64,000 nt of DNA, from NCBI RefSeq assembly GCF_009834535.1, contig NC_045698.1, positions 14,572,001-14,636,000 on the forward strand. The letters are read 5' to 3'. Positions within the stretch are counted from its first letter, which is position 1, and each line of letters begins with the position of its first letter. The notes beneath the pieces were generated by a model. The model made no database searches, was not told the DNA's origin, and worked only from the letters and a program-made list of their open reading frames with translations. This document shows, piece after piece, positions 1-14,859 of this stretch. The position numbers and the translations under genes were made by a program. Source of the DNA: Camelus ferus. Taxonomy: Eukaryota.

Positions 1-2339
1 TTTGTAATAGAAAGTATTTTAAACCTATTTTTTTATGTTTGGATGTTCTGAGTTAACACTGTTGAGTCCATTTAGAGGACAAGTGATCAAACCAAAAATG
101 TATCTAAACATAAGCCATTTAAGTACTTTAAAAATTAAAGGTTAGTGCATTATTTGTAACTGCTTATATATTGTGGAAACATCCTGAGTGTACATTTAAA
201 AAGCAGTTCTTCCAGGAATGTTTTTCAGAACTTTCAAAGGCTGACAGAATTCCTGCTTCAACTGGAAATTGTTAAAAAAAAAAAAAAATCCTCTGGGATT
301 ATTGGAATGTGGAATATCTACCATTTGTGTTTTATTTTTTTGTCTCAGTTTTCCAGATGCCTTTAGTGTCTGTACGATGAAGGGCAGTTTCTAGTTGATC
401 AACTGACATAAAATGCTTTGATTAACTTACTACTGTATTGCAATACTCCTTTGGAAATATTTTTAATTTGCTATTGAACTGAAATGCTCTTTCAGATCTA
501 TTTTTTCCTAGAGATCAATGAAAAGTGACAAGTTTTTGAAAATAGGTAATCCACATAATTACAGAATTCAATTTGTAATAACAGAGATACACTTGCAAAC
601 ACAGTAAATGATATGGAAGTGTTTACTGTGTAGAGAGGGTGGCAGCTTTTCATGATTAGATAGAATAATAATGTCATTATCAACAGGATTGTTACAAAGA
701 TCATTACATATGCAACTATATCACAATCTGGCAAGACCCGCCCGTGAGACAGTAAACCTAACATTCAGATAAAATTTAACTGAAAATTTAAATACTGTTA
801 TATGGGGGGAAAATCATTTTATTTAAACTGTTTAGCAATCAAGTTTTTAATTTTAAAAATGTTTAAAGTTTTCAAAACCCTGTTATGAAGAGAACTGTCA
901 AAGTTGCATATATTTTTATATTACTCATTTAATCCTATCAAAGGATATACTTTATTATATATTACGTGACATTTACTCTATTAAGACCTTTTTTGGATCG
1001 TATTTACTCAAGAAATCCTCGGGTTCTATATCACATGCTAATGACTTAGGCAAGCTAGAGAATCTCTGTTGCTCAGTGCAAACTTGATAGAGGGAAACAT
1101 GTGAAAACCATTGTGAAAAATCTCAGCGCCCATCCTTGGTTGTACAGAATAATCCTGATCTAAGAGTTCTGAGCCCCAGTATCCACCTCTCTCTCCCCAA
1201 AGACTGAGGACGAATAATTTCCAAAGCCTTCATAACAAGCACCTTGTCAGCAGGAGGATCCCGGGGCCTCTTCAGGCTAATCTGGCAGGCGTTTGACAGT
1301 CCTGATGCTAACTAGGATCTTGGGCTTTGCAGAATGTGCAACAAAATGATTTGTGTTTCTAGTCTCTCTGCTAATACAGATGAGAAAATTCTATGGCTCA
1401 ACGGGTTTTGCAAACTTTTGGCTTGCTGTCAATTACCAGACCACACTAGAGATAGCTGAGAGACAGAGAGTGGGAGAGCTTAGATAAGTGGAGAGAAGAA
1501 TCCCTTTAATTTTCTCCATCTCACTTTCTCTCTAACATGTGTGTACGTGTGTGTGTGCATACGTATTATTTTCCATAGTGTGAAATTAAAACATTACAGA
1601 CACTGTAAAATCATCATCGTAATTAGAGCCATGTAGCCGAAACTGTAACAACATGCATATCCCAGGTACACCAATTAGTTAAATTTATATTTTTCAAAGT
1701 GGAAGTGGAGCTTTGCTTTTAATTTTAAAAATGACAGCATCATCACTTAAAAATACAGAAAAACAATTAGACAATTAGAATCTCAATTCCAAAATTGTTT
1801 TTATACATAATTTAAAAACAATTTTGCACATATGTGTGTGTGTCTGTCTGAATGGTTCACGTGCCCTTCTTGAGAAGAGAGTTTCATTTGCAAAATATTC
1901 CTAGACTTCCTTTACTCCTCATTAATTCATCCCCAAGTAAGAAGACGTAACTTGACTTGACTTGACTGGCGAGTTGGAATTTAAAAAATGCAGGAAGCGT
2001 AGGTTGGTCTATATCTCACTCTTCCTTCTTGGAACCAGCCAGTCTGCTATGAGCGTATTTTGATTCCTATCAGTCATGCTGTCACTTTAGGGGTGAATGA
2101 GCTGTTCCTGATGGAGAGACTATTAATATTTACCACATAATTGGTAAGTCTCGGAAATATTGGAGACTCAACATTATCAAGTCAACTTGACTACAGAAAT
2201 CAGCCACTAATCAGCAATAGCAGTGTCTCTCTTATCAGAGATATACGAGATATTCTGGTCTCAATTCTGCCTCACATGTACCTTGCAATTGATTACAATC
2301 AGGGGAGGAATGAGAACAACTACTTTAAAATCAAAAGCT

Positions 2340-2470
2340 ATTTGATGAAGTTACTCATATATATCCACCCACCTCTCTTCACAGATGAGAAAACTGAGGC
2401 ACAGAGCTCTACAATAATATGTCCAAGGACATATATGTAATAAGTAGAAGAAGTCAGATTTCATTTTTGG
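2340..2470 (-). mobile_element. MIR SINE relic
   Basis: CACAGATGAGAAAACTGAGGCACAGAG...TGTCCAAGGAC matches the reverse-complemented MIR core; ends approximate. Confidence 0.75.
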
Positions 2471-2835
2471 ACATAACTTACTTCATATAATCAATCTCCT
2501 ATATGTTATATTCAATTTGTTTTCAATCATTTGACTTTATGAACAAATAATACATAACATTCTAGCTAAAGACACTTATTTAAATCTTCCTGACTTTCAC
2601 TTTGATGTTTTCAACATTACTGAAAACCACAGTTTTCCCAATAATTATTTCTTACTTATAGAGAAAATAAAAATTCTAAACTGTCTGTTTTCCAGGGCAT
2701 GCCTACTACTACCATGCTTCAGTGTTTGAAAAATGCAGAAACCTTCCTCATGCATTACATGCTTCGGTGCTCAGAGGCTGTGCATTCTTTTTGCACAGTT
2801 AGAGGCTTAATTGTTCTTAATTTGAACTCTCCAAT

Positions 2836-2986
2836 CTGGGAGTCAGCAAACTTTTCTTCTGCAAAGGACCAGGTGATCATTTTGGTTTTGTGGGGCATGG
2901 TCTCAGTTGCAGCCACTAGGGACGGCCATAGACATAAATGAAAGTATATGTGAGGACTGTCCACTCTGGGCAGTTTACCAGCCTTG
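2836..2986 (+). mobile_element. MER58A-like hAT-Charlie MITE, internally deleted
   Basis: Starts CTGGGAGTCAGCAAACTTTTCTTCTGCAAAGGACCAG and ends CAGTTTACCAGCCTTG; degenerate terminal inverted repeats resembling the recalled MER58A consensus. Confidence 0.7.
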
Positions 2987-3059
2987 CCAGAATACTACAT
3001 ATGATTCAGTCTCACTTATGATCAACACACTCTCATATTGCAGACAGAACCTAAATCAT

Positions 3060-3270
3060 GATGTGGTTGTTAGAAACACAGACTTTGGAACCAGAGTGTC
3101 TGCATTTATCTTGTGGTTTTATCTACAAAATGGAAATTCTAAAAGTTTCTACATCAAAGAATTGCTGCATGGATAAGAATGAATTAATACATATGAAATA
3201 ATTAGACAAATTCAGACACATAAAGGGGCTCTGTAAGTGCATGAAGCAATAAATATGATTGTAACCAATT
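3060..3270 (+). mobile_element. MIR SINE relic
   Basis: GTGGTTGTTAGAAACACAGACTTTGGAACCAGA...CTACAAAATGG...AATGAATTAATACATATGAAA resembles MIR head, core and tail. Confidence 0.65.
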
Positions 3271-5279
3271 ATTATTATTTATTTTTCATGCTTAACATCC
3301 TGTTATCAAGTATAATGACCTGATGAGTTTGCACCAACAAGTTTCACAGATTTAATCACTTTCTATTAATTCACAGGGCTTTGCATTTTTTAAAATCTGG
3401 TTTACACTGTAGGAGAGCAAGTACTGTTAAATCCATCATGGATAATAATTTCACAAGAAACTCAGGATTTCTGTTAGCTTTCCTCTCCCTATTTACAATA
3501 GGAACAAACTGGAATTTATAAACTTTTTATCACTGAGCCATATTTTATAGCTAATCTCCCTTGAATGTGAAGTGGTTTCATTTATAATGACTATCTTTTC
3601 AAAGCTCTGCAGTGAGGCAGAACAGCATCAATTTTCAAGGACAGGGAGTAACAAAAACGATTAATTATTATCATGGTAATGAACAGTCAAAATACAATAT
3701 ATTTAGGCTCCAAATAAAAGTGCCACTGTTACATACAATTGAGACCATCAATCTATATATATATATATATATATACACAACTGACTCTCATCAATCTATT
3801 TAGTTTTCAAAACCACAATGACAAGGTTCATTGAAGAGAGATGTAATACTTGTATTTACCAAAACATTCTTATAGAAAAAATAATCTCCTAAGAGTAGAA
3901 AATAATACTGCAGTACACAGTTTGGCATGGTAGTCGTTGCAAGACTTATGATCTGTACACTTCTAAAACTGAACGCCTTATCTGTAGGCAAATTTGATAA
4001 GTCCCGTCTTTGACCTGCTCAGTGATTCATTTGTAAAACTGGTGACATGTTTCAGAAGAATGTGCATAAACTAAAATGACGTCAGCTGTGGCACAGCATA
4101 TATTAATGAAAGGGCCTTACAACTGAAGGGTGTCTAGCCCCAGGTATACAGATGAGCCCTTAAGCGTTGCCTCCTCTCAGTGCATTTCAATTTTACTAAC
4201 TTCCTAACACAGTAATACATTGATTTAACATAACAGTAAGTAACTGACTTGTTAATCCTGAGACTCGGAGTGTTCAGGCTTACACATTGCAACCCACGTA
4301 AAAATTAAATATCATATGCTATACTAATGTTTCAATCTATCAATTTACAATTTAGATTTGTGGCATATTTAGCAAAGCTATTAAATTTTCCATGTTTTAA
4401 GGTGAAATAAAATGTATGGTAATGCGTATAAAAATTAAAATACTGCTTTCTGCATGATTCTTAAAGTATGTCTCGATGATAATTACTTAAAGAAGTTACT
4501 ACTTGCAAAAATAAATCATAATAAATTCTGATTCATGTGAAGATATTAATCCAGAAATGTTATTGTCTCACTGAAAATTTGTAGTAAAAGCCATGGGATC
4601 CATCATGTTAATTATTTAATCCATAAAAGTATTAAAATGGAAAATACCTAATGGATTGCTTTATCTTATGAATTCATTAAACATCATTGAGATGCAGTGA
4701 ATTTTCTAAAAAAAATGAATATAGAGCCTCCATAATTTATGTGAAAATAATTTCAAACTTGAGTATAACTTTTCCTACTTTCCATTTACAGCAATACCAC
4801 ATTATAGCTTTACAGTTTACAGTAGATTTGAATGAAGATATACTGTGAAACACTTGGACATATATGTCTCTAACATTTCAGTGACCATCTAAACACAATT
4901 ATCCTTCATTCCTAATTAAAAATGGCCCATGCGCTGCTTGAACTAAAAAGTTATCCAACCGCCATGTCTGGGGGATGCCTGTGCTCCTAAAGCTGGACAC
5001 CAGCTGATAATGAGATTTTCTTAGCCCATGTTCATCAAGTTTCAATTATTATTCAGGCACATAAAGAGGGAAAGCCTCAACCTGCATTACAAGGAGAACA
5101 ATTTTTATCGTAGTATTTTTATTTGACTGAAGAATTTTGATTTTTTGACTAAATTACTAGTAGAGAAAGGACCAAAAGATAATTTTCAGAAAATTAATTG
5201 TTTCATATAACTGTGTAGCCCTGAGGAGTTCCACTGAGGTGTGCTGGGAGATGGCGTATCAATGTTTTCTTTAATATTA

Positions 5280-5759
5280 ATGGTTCCTACCAGACAGAAA
5301 AAAGATAATGCAAGTCACATTTGTAATTTTAAATTTTCTAGTAACCACACTATAAAACAGGTAAAATTAATTGTGACATTACATTTTATTTGAACAGTTA
5401 AATCCAAAGCATTATCATGTCAACATATAGGCAGTAAAAATTATTCATGAGGTAGTTTGCCTTCTGTTTTTCATACCAAGGATTCAAAAGTCCATGTACA
5501 TTTTAAATTTACAGCACATTTTGATTTGAACGCTAAATTTTCAACAGTTAAAGCGAAATGTAGTCCCAGAACACAATGCCATTGTGTTTAATAGAAAGGA
5601 AAAATATTTTGCATTACTTAGGTTTATGTATTAAAATTTAAATTAATTTCAATTAAATAAAGTTAAAAATTCAGTTTCTCAGTTGCACTAACAACATTTC
5701 AAGTGTTCAGCAGACACCTCTGCCTACTATGCTATGTGCCATCCTGCTGGACAGTGTAG
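5280..5759 (+). mobile_element. hAT-Charlie non-autonomous element (MER33/MER3-type ends)
   Basis: GTCACATTTGTAATTTTAAATTTTCTAGTAACCACA near the left end; CATTTCAAGTGTTCAGCAG...GGACAGTGTAG at the right end, followed by GTCTAAAC, a typical Charlie target. Confidence 0.75.
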
Positions 5760-6599
5760 GTCTAAACCAGGTAGCAGATTGGAAAATGTGAGCCTATTTC
5801 TTGAGTAATTTATTTTTTAATAAAATGCAGCTTTAAATATACTATTTCCATGTTTATAAAGTGTATGGTCTTCTACAATGTTTATCTCTAAAATGTGATA
5901 ATGTTTACCAGAATAATGAATACATAATATAGATATCTAACTACCAATTTTTGAAGTGACTAATTCGATGATCTCTAAAAGAAGTTAGTTTAAATTTTAT
6001 TAATAGAGTATTATTCAGAGATTCAGACCATGGAATGGTCACGCTCAATGAAGGTGAGAGCACGATTTCAATACTGTGATGTGACAGCAGCAGAGAATGG
6101 AACCAAGAGCCTTGCTTTGTGTAACGGGAAGATTAGTAGGTTCTCAGAAGGTAAAAGCATGATGGCAACCAAAAAAGATCAATTAAACAAAACTCACTGA
6201 TCACAGAGTCCCTGTTTCTCCCAAACAATACAGTCATCTGATACGAACTGCGCACTTGAAGGGAGAATGAATACAAAGATCAAGGAAACAGAAAATTAGA
6301 AATGAAATAAATGAATATTAAAGCATTTCGGTTTGCTCATCTATTACTGTTTTTCTGAATCCAATGTAACTTCTCGTTAAAAGACACCAAACTGATGATA
6401 AAATATGAAATTGATTTGTCTACATAAAGATAAAAGTACTGCGGAGAGAGCAGTTAGACCTAACAAAACAAGAGAAAAAGGAATAAATTATTGGAGGACG
6501 AATGGAATGGTTTACTCAAGCCCCAGTTAGAATTAAAAATGTGAAGGAATATACACACATGTCCTATGTTCAGTAAATTAAGTTATATAGAGGAATGGA

Positions 6600-6980
6600 C
6601 AATTCTGTCATTCAAATCAAAGTCTTAATATAGACACTGAAAAGTCATTCAATCTCTCTTAACCTCAATTTCTCCTTCTGTAAAATGGGATTAACTGAAT
6701 GTTAGACTATTAGGAGTAGAAATAACATAAGGCCAATCGTTCAGAGCCATTCATAAACAGTACTTCTGTTGAGCTCTGACTATACATCCTTAATTATATA
6801 CATACTCTCTATTCTTACATCCTTTCAGAGAGCTCACAAGGTTGAAATTACTTTCCACATTTGAGACATGAAAATCTACCCTCAGTGGTATTAAATATCA
6901 AGTAAAATTACCTAACTAGTAAGCTGTAAAGCAGGGGTTCAAACACAGGTAGTCCAGAAACCTTGCTCTGAATTACTTTA
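6600..6980. mobile_element. Two adjacent MIR relics in opposite orientation
   Basis: AACCTCAATTTCTCCTTCTGTAAAATGGGA on + (~6660-6690) and CTAGTAAGCTGTAAAGCAGGGGTTCAAACACAGG on - (~6917-6950). Confidence 0.6.
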
Positions 6981-8169
6981 ACTTAGTGCAAACTCATATT
7001 CATGCATCAGGAGGAAATTTAATTTCATATTTATCAATCAGATCTTCCTACCCATAGCCTAAAATGAATGTATCATTGAAAACCTGCTTTGGGGTAACTG
7101 GTTACAGGGGAAGATTGGTGGTCACCGTTTTTGATAATTCAATAATACCCACTTATCCACATATTTGTGTAGATCAGTGTAGGTATTACATCCATGAGGT
7201 AAAATTACAATGCGAGTGTGAGTGATATTTACCAGATCAAGTCTATATTAACATCAGTTTTGTTGTTGTAAAGAGATATACTACATTTGTATACATTTTT
7301 TGTAAAGGTAAATATCATGTTTTTCCTATAGAACATTCATAATCAAATTACTTGCATTCATAATGAAAGCTTTGAATAATGGCTCATGCTTGAAATCACA
7401 GTTTCTAAAAATATAGACCTTACTGAGAATAGTCAATTAAACTCATTTTTATTTATTAGGTTATAAAGATAGAAATTAATGTAATCGTGCCATTACTCAA
7501 CTTGTTTTCTATATGCTTCTATTTATTGGCAATCTTTTGACATTGGCACCAGTAATGCCATACAAATTTTATATTTGAACAAGTTGCAAAAATGTGGCAA
7601 GAGTGGAAGTACTGAAATAAAGAAGGTGAAAGGTTACTGAAGGAGAGAAAGCCAGAGAATGGAAACTGTAGTGAATGGGTCATTTCACATGGACAGTTGA
7701 AATTCATTCAACTTACTTAGCCATTATTTATCAAACAATTTCTACCTGATAGGACTGTGCTAAATTTGCTGTATGGCACAAATCAGCTACGGTCACTGTC
7801 TGGAAATAGACTGAATTTCTTGTTCTAGGAGGTCATGGGACAGGAGAATGATCTCTGCTCCTTTTATAGAGGAAATGACTTTATGGAAAGGCTAAGGAGA
7901 ACAGAAACTAGAAATGGAGAAAAGTTTGTATTAGAAAAGTCTGGGAAGATACTTTGGCAACACACAATTATAGTATAGAATACAGGCAAGTGATTGGGTT
8001 TTCATTTGTATGGATTTCATAATCCAGGAGTAAATTGTGTACGAAATAAAGTATCATCAAGTTTTAAAATAAATCATTTTCACATGTTTGTTTCAAGACT
8101 CCCAGGATGGATTTTGGGGGTGGCGTGATGAAGGGACCTGAATTTCAAAAAATATTACAGCCAAGATTT

Positions 8170-9911
8170 ACTCAACAAATCAACAATTCTAATCTCAAAT
8201 CTAGATCTACCCATTCAATCAGGACTTCTGTCTCACATTTCCACACAGATGCCTCAGAGTCAACATGTCCAAAACTAAGCCCTTTATCTTCTTACTTTCC
8301 AAAACCAGCTTCCCTACAAACCTCTATTCTGTCAAAAACAAGCAAAGAAACAAAAACCAACCAATCTCTTCAATCGCATAAACCAAAGTTTTGAGAGTCT
8401 TTTCACTTTTCAGTCATCATATCCACCCAGACAGTGCGTACTCTTCAATCACAGTGACTTTTCAACTACGTGCCTCTTGAATTTATGTGAATTTCCCAGC
8501 AAAAAAGTTGTGATAGAATTCTGAGAGATAAAGGACAAAAGTTATAGAACGTGTGGTTTTAAAATCCTTCAGAGTGCTTGTAAATTGTCATCTATCCAGG
8601 ACAATGTCATTTACAACTGTTGCCTTAAAATAGTGTTTCTGAACATGCTGACAAACAGACCAATTTTTACAGTAATTATTGTGTTGAACTTCTGATTTAG
8701 AATACGTTTATACTTACTCTTTTTTTTTTTTTGGATACACTTCCTCTTTAATGGTCAAAATAATTAAACTACAATTAAATGGGTGCATATCATGTATACA
8801 ATACACACATTTCTCATGTATTTATTTAGCAAATTTATGAGATAGGCATATATATTGCAGTAAAGCTTACAGAATGTGAACAAATTGCCTAAAATTATAT
8901 AACTGATGCGTTTCAAAGTTTTCCCTTCCATTGAGACTTGTGCTTTCTACGTACAGTAGCATAAACGTCAGGTGGTAACGGGTCACTATCACCGGCTCTA
9001 TATCAACAGAATTTCTAAATGTTCACGTGCTGAGTTAAAATTCTCAATTCCCATGTCTCCAGAACACCTCTTCTTTCCACCTTCCTCCATGAGGAAGGAA
9101 TCTACACAGACATGTACCCAGCTGATCAAATTATATAGAACTTGATTTCTTTTCTCTTTTGCCCACACTCAGTCTTTCGGTAAGTTCTGATCAATCTGTC
9201 TATGAAATCTCCCAATGACCTACTTCTTTCCTCACTGGTAAGACATGAAGACAAACTCCCATTATGTAACAATTGGACTCATTTATTTCCCTCCTAACTG
9301 GTCTACAAATGCCCAGTGATTCACCTACAAAATTCACTTGCGCATATTGGCCAGAGTGAAGCTTAAATGTATAAAATACACCGCATTATTCATTTGCTTA
9401 AAAACCCACATGGCCTCTCATGTGAGAGGGAAATGCTCACATCTTCCTTTGATTACGCAACTTGCTGAGCTGGCTCTGCCTAGCTTCCCCATCTTCACCT
9501 GGTACTGCTCTTTTTGTCACCTCAAATGCTCTATTTCACACACTTTCTGTTCTTAAAGCTTGCCAAGTTCTGCCTTAACTTCATTACATTTCCACTTGCT
9601 TTTCACACGTCTGGGAAATTATTTCCTTAACTCTGTGGACAGGCTCTTCCTTGACTTTCAGCTCCCCCAACTGTGTCATCTTCTCAGAAAGGATCTGCCA
9701 GGCTGGCCTTACTAACCATCCAAGAGCTCCACCCATTCCCTTCACGGAATATATCTCAATGCGAAACGAGCACTTTGTGTATCTGTTCATTGTCTGCCTT
9801 CCTGGTGGATTGAATGTGAACCCTACATTCAATTCTTGATCCCCAGCCTCTGGAGCAGGGCCTGACACAAAGTAGGTTATCTATCAATATTTGCTGAATT
9901 CATGGATGAAA
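8170..9911 (+). mobile_element. L2 LINE 3' region, fragmented
   Basis: CAACATGTCCAAAACTAAGC, GGCCAGAGTGAAGCTT, and the L2 terminus GCCTGACACAAAGTAGG...CAATATTTGCTGAATTCATGGATGAA; interrupted by unassigned DNA ~8500-8980. Confidence 0.7.
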
Positions 9912-10712
9912 AGTAAATTTAATCAGGGAATAAGATTTTTTTCTGTACAGGAAAATAAGTATGTTTTTTTAAATGCCAACAAAAGCACTGCTACAAGCGT
10001 AAGTATGTATTTTAATTATAATACTCAGTACTGAGTTATTAATTTTTATGCAATATTGTCAAATACAATAACAGATTCATAGATGACTTATAATAATGGA
10101 TTATCTAGTTCACAGTCTGAAACTCTGTATTTAATTTTATATTTGAAATCAATATTCCGCCTATTAGCAAAGCAAGTAACTTAAGCTTGTAAAGCTTGGA
10201 CAAAGGCATATCAAAGTAACAGACGCTTGGCAGTCATAGGCGTTTTCTTCAGTTACTTAACATTCACGCAGAGTTTTCTGCTATGTGATTCACACTGCAG
10301 TAATTCCAATGAAATTTGCCTTCTAAATCTACTTCTAAGAGAAAGGGTCATTTATTTGATTTTCTCCCAATGTCTTCAAATGGTTCCTGGGGGACTTCAC
10401 CGATTAATATTTTATTATACACAAACTTTACAATGCCGCACAATGACATAGCATAAGAAAAGAAGAATAGAGTAAAAAATTAATTTTAAAGAGGTAAAGT
10501 TACTAAAATGTATTAAAAATAATTAGGGCAAGATGATGAAAAGCCATCATCTATCTGGGAATTGTTATAAAACTGCCTCTCATTGGATGTGTTTTTATTC
10601 ATATGTATTACTGCTTTTACTTCTAAAGTACTACTAATTACCATTGATGATACTCTCTGATTTTGTTGAAAAGACTGACTTGAGATAAAAAAGAAAATTC
10701 AACACTTTCTAA

Positions 10713-10738
10713 ACACACACACACATACACACACACAC
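10713..10738. repeat. (AC)6AT(AC)6 microsatellite
   Basis: Directly visible. Confidence 0.95.
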
Positions 10739-13124
10739 TGTGTACAGTGACCTGAAATACAGTATAAACTTTCACTGGTATTTGAAGATTTTGTCTAATA
10801 AAACTACCATTGTGGGCCTATTTTTAAAATTCATAGTCAACATAGAAAATTGTTTTATTTTTTAATGGCTCCTAAAATAAAATACCTATTAGTTAACCCA
10901 TTCATGGTTATAATACAGCCTGATGGAATATAAAGATATTTATAAAAGAGATAAATAAGAAGTTTCAAGGAGAATTTTATATGTAACAGAACACTTTAAA
11001 AGGAAACTATGTTATCAAAGAATAATGAAAACTTAATTCATATAAAGAAGAAACAAGCAACCAACAAAACAAAGAAAAATCCAAAGAATCCAATGAAATC
11101 AATCATCATCATTCTAGAATAAAAGTCAAGGAGATTGGATCCCCCCCCCAACTTTACTGAAGTTGTCACAAATGAGAGATGTCACAGTAGCAATTTGAAA
11201 TTTGTTTTTAAATGATTATTCTGTCAAGTATTTTCCTTCAAACTGCCATGAAACCAGCAGAGAAAAATCATTTAATGAAGAAGTCAAGAGGTCATGTAGA
11301 AAAAGTGAAACAATACAACTGGTTATTAAAAATACTAGGAACTGTCAAGAATTCAATGAAGAAGTAGCACTATTATGGGTAGAGGTTCACACACACGCAC
11401 TGAAGTGTCTCAGGAAGGACTAAACCTGGAGCATTATGTTCCCATTTACAGAAAAGATGGACTTGATCTTCCTGAAGGGAATGGTGACTTCTATAAGAAA
11501 ATAAATCATTATGTCATCATAAAAAGTGAAAAAGGTGAATTTACAAATACACAGATGAATCTGAGTTCACCATCAGATTTAATGCAAAACAACTCTGTCC
11601 AATCTGTCCCCAAATAGAAAGATGAGTGTCAGGCAATGAAAATATTATATAATTTTACCTTTCTTTTAGGAAATCTTAAGATTTTGAAATTCAAAAATAC
11701 AATGAAAACACATGATAAAGTGATGAGGCTGGAGGGAAAGAGCAAGTTGAGGGGACCACATGCACAATGAATAGAAAGTTCCTATATTCAGAAAGGTTAC
11801 ACCCCTTATGAAAATCAGTCTGAGAGAATGAAAGGGAGATGAGCATTTTATTTAAGTTGTATGTATAAATAGAATAAAGTTAAATAGTCACAGACTTTGG
11901 TAGTATATTTAGTCACTAAATTATATACAAGGAAAAGCCTGTCTCAAACAAAATACAGCCCCCCAATGTGTATGTATAACAGCAGGTCACATGGTGAACC
12001 TATTCATGTATCAAAGACTAGCATGAAAAAGTCCACTCATTTAAGTCTCCTTAGAAAGTAGAAAGTTCATAGGATGTAAAAACTTAAAGATAACTTGGAG
12101 GCAAACACTGAAATAAAAATAAATGATTTGAGGGTCGGGTAAAGGGATTCAGCTGAGAAGCATAGAAGAGAGCACAAAACAGACTGATTAATATTTTTTT
12201 AATAATGTATGTGTTATAGTGAAAGGTTATAACTGAGAAAAGTGTGACAGTCAAGAAGGGTAATGCTCACTTTTATTTTTTAGCTTCTAGTTCACACCTT
12301 AAATGAGTCACTCAAAAGTGTGTGGATAACAAACTATTTGATTTTCAATACTCAAGGAATAAATTTACAGTTAAATAGCTAGCCTGAAAATAGAGAAATG
12401 TCTTGAAGAATCATTGTCATTAGAGATTTTTCTTCCATGCTGTAATTTTTTGGTAGCTCATAATCCATGATGTATATTTAATAATTCTGCTGTTTTGTTG
12501 CTCTAAAGCATGTATTATGAGTATAAGAGGAAGGCTATAAACACATTTTCTTGGCAACAAAGTTCATATTGTTTCCCAGGTATTTTACTTTCCCAGAATT
12601 ATTTAATTCCTTTTTATTCATTATTAATAGCAAATATTTAGAATAAAATAAATTCAGCATATATAGGATATATGGCCCAAAACTCTAAGTATAATTATGA
12701 TATTGACACATATATGATCCCCAATAGTCTATTTCCATCATTCAAAACCTGAATTAGTGCGAATGTATTCCAGAACTAAATAAATGAGGTGAGAACACAT
12801 TTTGGTCTTCAGGTCTGATAAGCATAAGAAGCTACTGCTTTAGTAAACAAACTCGAGAATATGAAGCTTTTGTCATTTTATGAAAAAACTCTCTGGCCAA
12901 AAAAATTGAAGATAGTGGTGACAGCAATAGGCACTGCTTCCTTTGTGTCTCGAAGTCACATGAAATTGGGAGGCACTGTTGTGTCACCAATTATATGACA
13001 CTTCTGAAGAAGAGACAGAAGGGGCAAGGCTGAACTCTAATAATCAAAGGACAAGGTAGGAGAATCCAACTTAGAGACATACCAAAGTTCGACATCTCCC
13101 AGAAAATAATAATTCTAGGAGTAA

Positions 13125-13335
13125 TCATAGCTGACTTTTATGTAGTTCTGATGACACGTCAAACTTCCTTCTAAGCTTTTTCATGTATGAACTCATTTAA
13201 TCTGCCCAACAACCTCAGGGAGAGGGTTATCTTCTCAGAAGCATATTATACAAAGAGAGGCACAGGGATGTTAAGAATTTTCCATAGATGATGTGACTAG
13301 TGCTCCATTTTAACCAAGAGTTGGACTTAGCCCCT
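13125..13335 (-). mobile_element. MIR SINE relic
   Basis: ACTCATTTAATCTGCCCAACAACC...GAGGCACAGGGATGTTAAGAATTTTCC matches reverse MIR. Confidence 0.65.
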
Positions 13336-14859
13336 GGGTTGTTCCACCTCTTCCTATATGTTTCCTCTTGGGGAGGTTCTGTTACACACGTGCCCGAGTG
13401 CACATCCACACAAATGTGGAGAGCTACATTTTCCTCTAAACACACTAGGATTAAGTTTCATTTCTTTACATGGCAATTCTGAGTGAAACATTTAGATGAG
13501 TTTCTATTTGGTATTTTTATTCTTCTAGTTTTGCCTACGAAAACACAAGAAATGTATTCAGAACAAATGAAGATGTCAATAATATACGTGTGTATGCGTA
13601 TGCATCATATATGTGTTCTCATCGCCTATCCACTTCCAAAAGTTACATTTTAAATTTATAATTTTAGCCTCTTTTATTGTCCTTTGCTTATATATTGACT
13701 TTACAGAAAGAAAAAAAAAAAGGTGGACTCACTCTCTTTATAAAGAGAGATAATTAAATAAGAACTTTCTTTGTGTGTGACGTATGGTTTTGTTTTAACC
13801 AAAAGCAGTGATCACTTTCTCTATTCAATTAGTTTCTTGTGATTTTTGAGCACTCAGAGTAATACGGAACAATAACCAAGACAGAAGATTATATCAGCCT
13901 GGAGATATTCCCTTCCAATGGCTACAATCTGTTTAACGAACCCTAGAACAGTGGTGGTGACAATAAGATCAGTGACTGTCATGTGACTCCTCTGAAGATG
14001 TGTTTAGACAGCCTTGGCTGTCAATACACCAAACTCGCTGCCCTCCACACTCCCCTCGCCTCCAAGAAGCAAATGGTCAATAGCATCTCAAAACCTTCTA
14101 TGCATGCTTTTTGGTACTTGTCTTTTTAAATCCAACTGCTAGAAATGACAAGAGCTTAGGACTTAGTCTGTATAAAATATTTATAGTTAATTCAAAAATA
14201 AGCAATAATCCAACAAGTAGAAAAATCAATATACTTCAACTTTATGTTCTTTTATACATTTGACAGTTAGATGTTAAAGTAGTAAAAAGAATACAACTTA
14301 AGCTCTTGTTTATTCCCTCAGAATCCCTTGTTGTAAAAAAAAAAAAAACATAGACCATTCACTGATAAATACTTGCAAAACAACAGAGATACAATGATTC
14401 TTCAATAAAATGTATTTCTTGTAGTAGTACAGTTTCCTTAAAAAATAATAGGCTCTTTTTATTCTGTCCCAGTCTTAGTCATAAACTAAAATCAAAATTA
14501 CTTTAAATCTCTTTCCTTATATCATTTAAACAGTCTACAAGAAGCTCTTGAATTTTTTCATACCTTGTAAAAATCGTCGACAATTTTATTGTTTCTTTCT
14601 AATTTAGTGTACATTAATTTAGAACTATGATAACTTATTTGGCATTTTATCTTACAGTAGTAAGTCAGTTAAACACTTTCCCTTTCTTTCTCTACCAAAA
14701 TGCATCAATAATTCTGCATGGTTACCAACTGCTTTCCATGAAAACAAATTATTTAACCACTAACATTCATCCTATTAATACTTTCCTAACAATTCATATT
14801 TCTTTTTTGTGTATGTTTTTAATGAAACATGAATATTCTTTCTTTTAAGATGTGTTTTC

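Noticed and set aside
1..500. 3'UTR-like or exon-like sequence with a pyrimidine tract and AG at ~335-356
   Set aside because: No ORF, matching donor or AATAAA to support it; cannot be assigned to a gene from sequence alone
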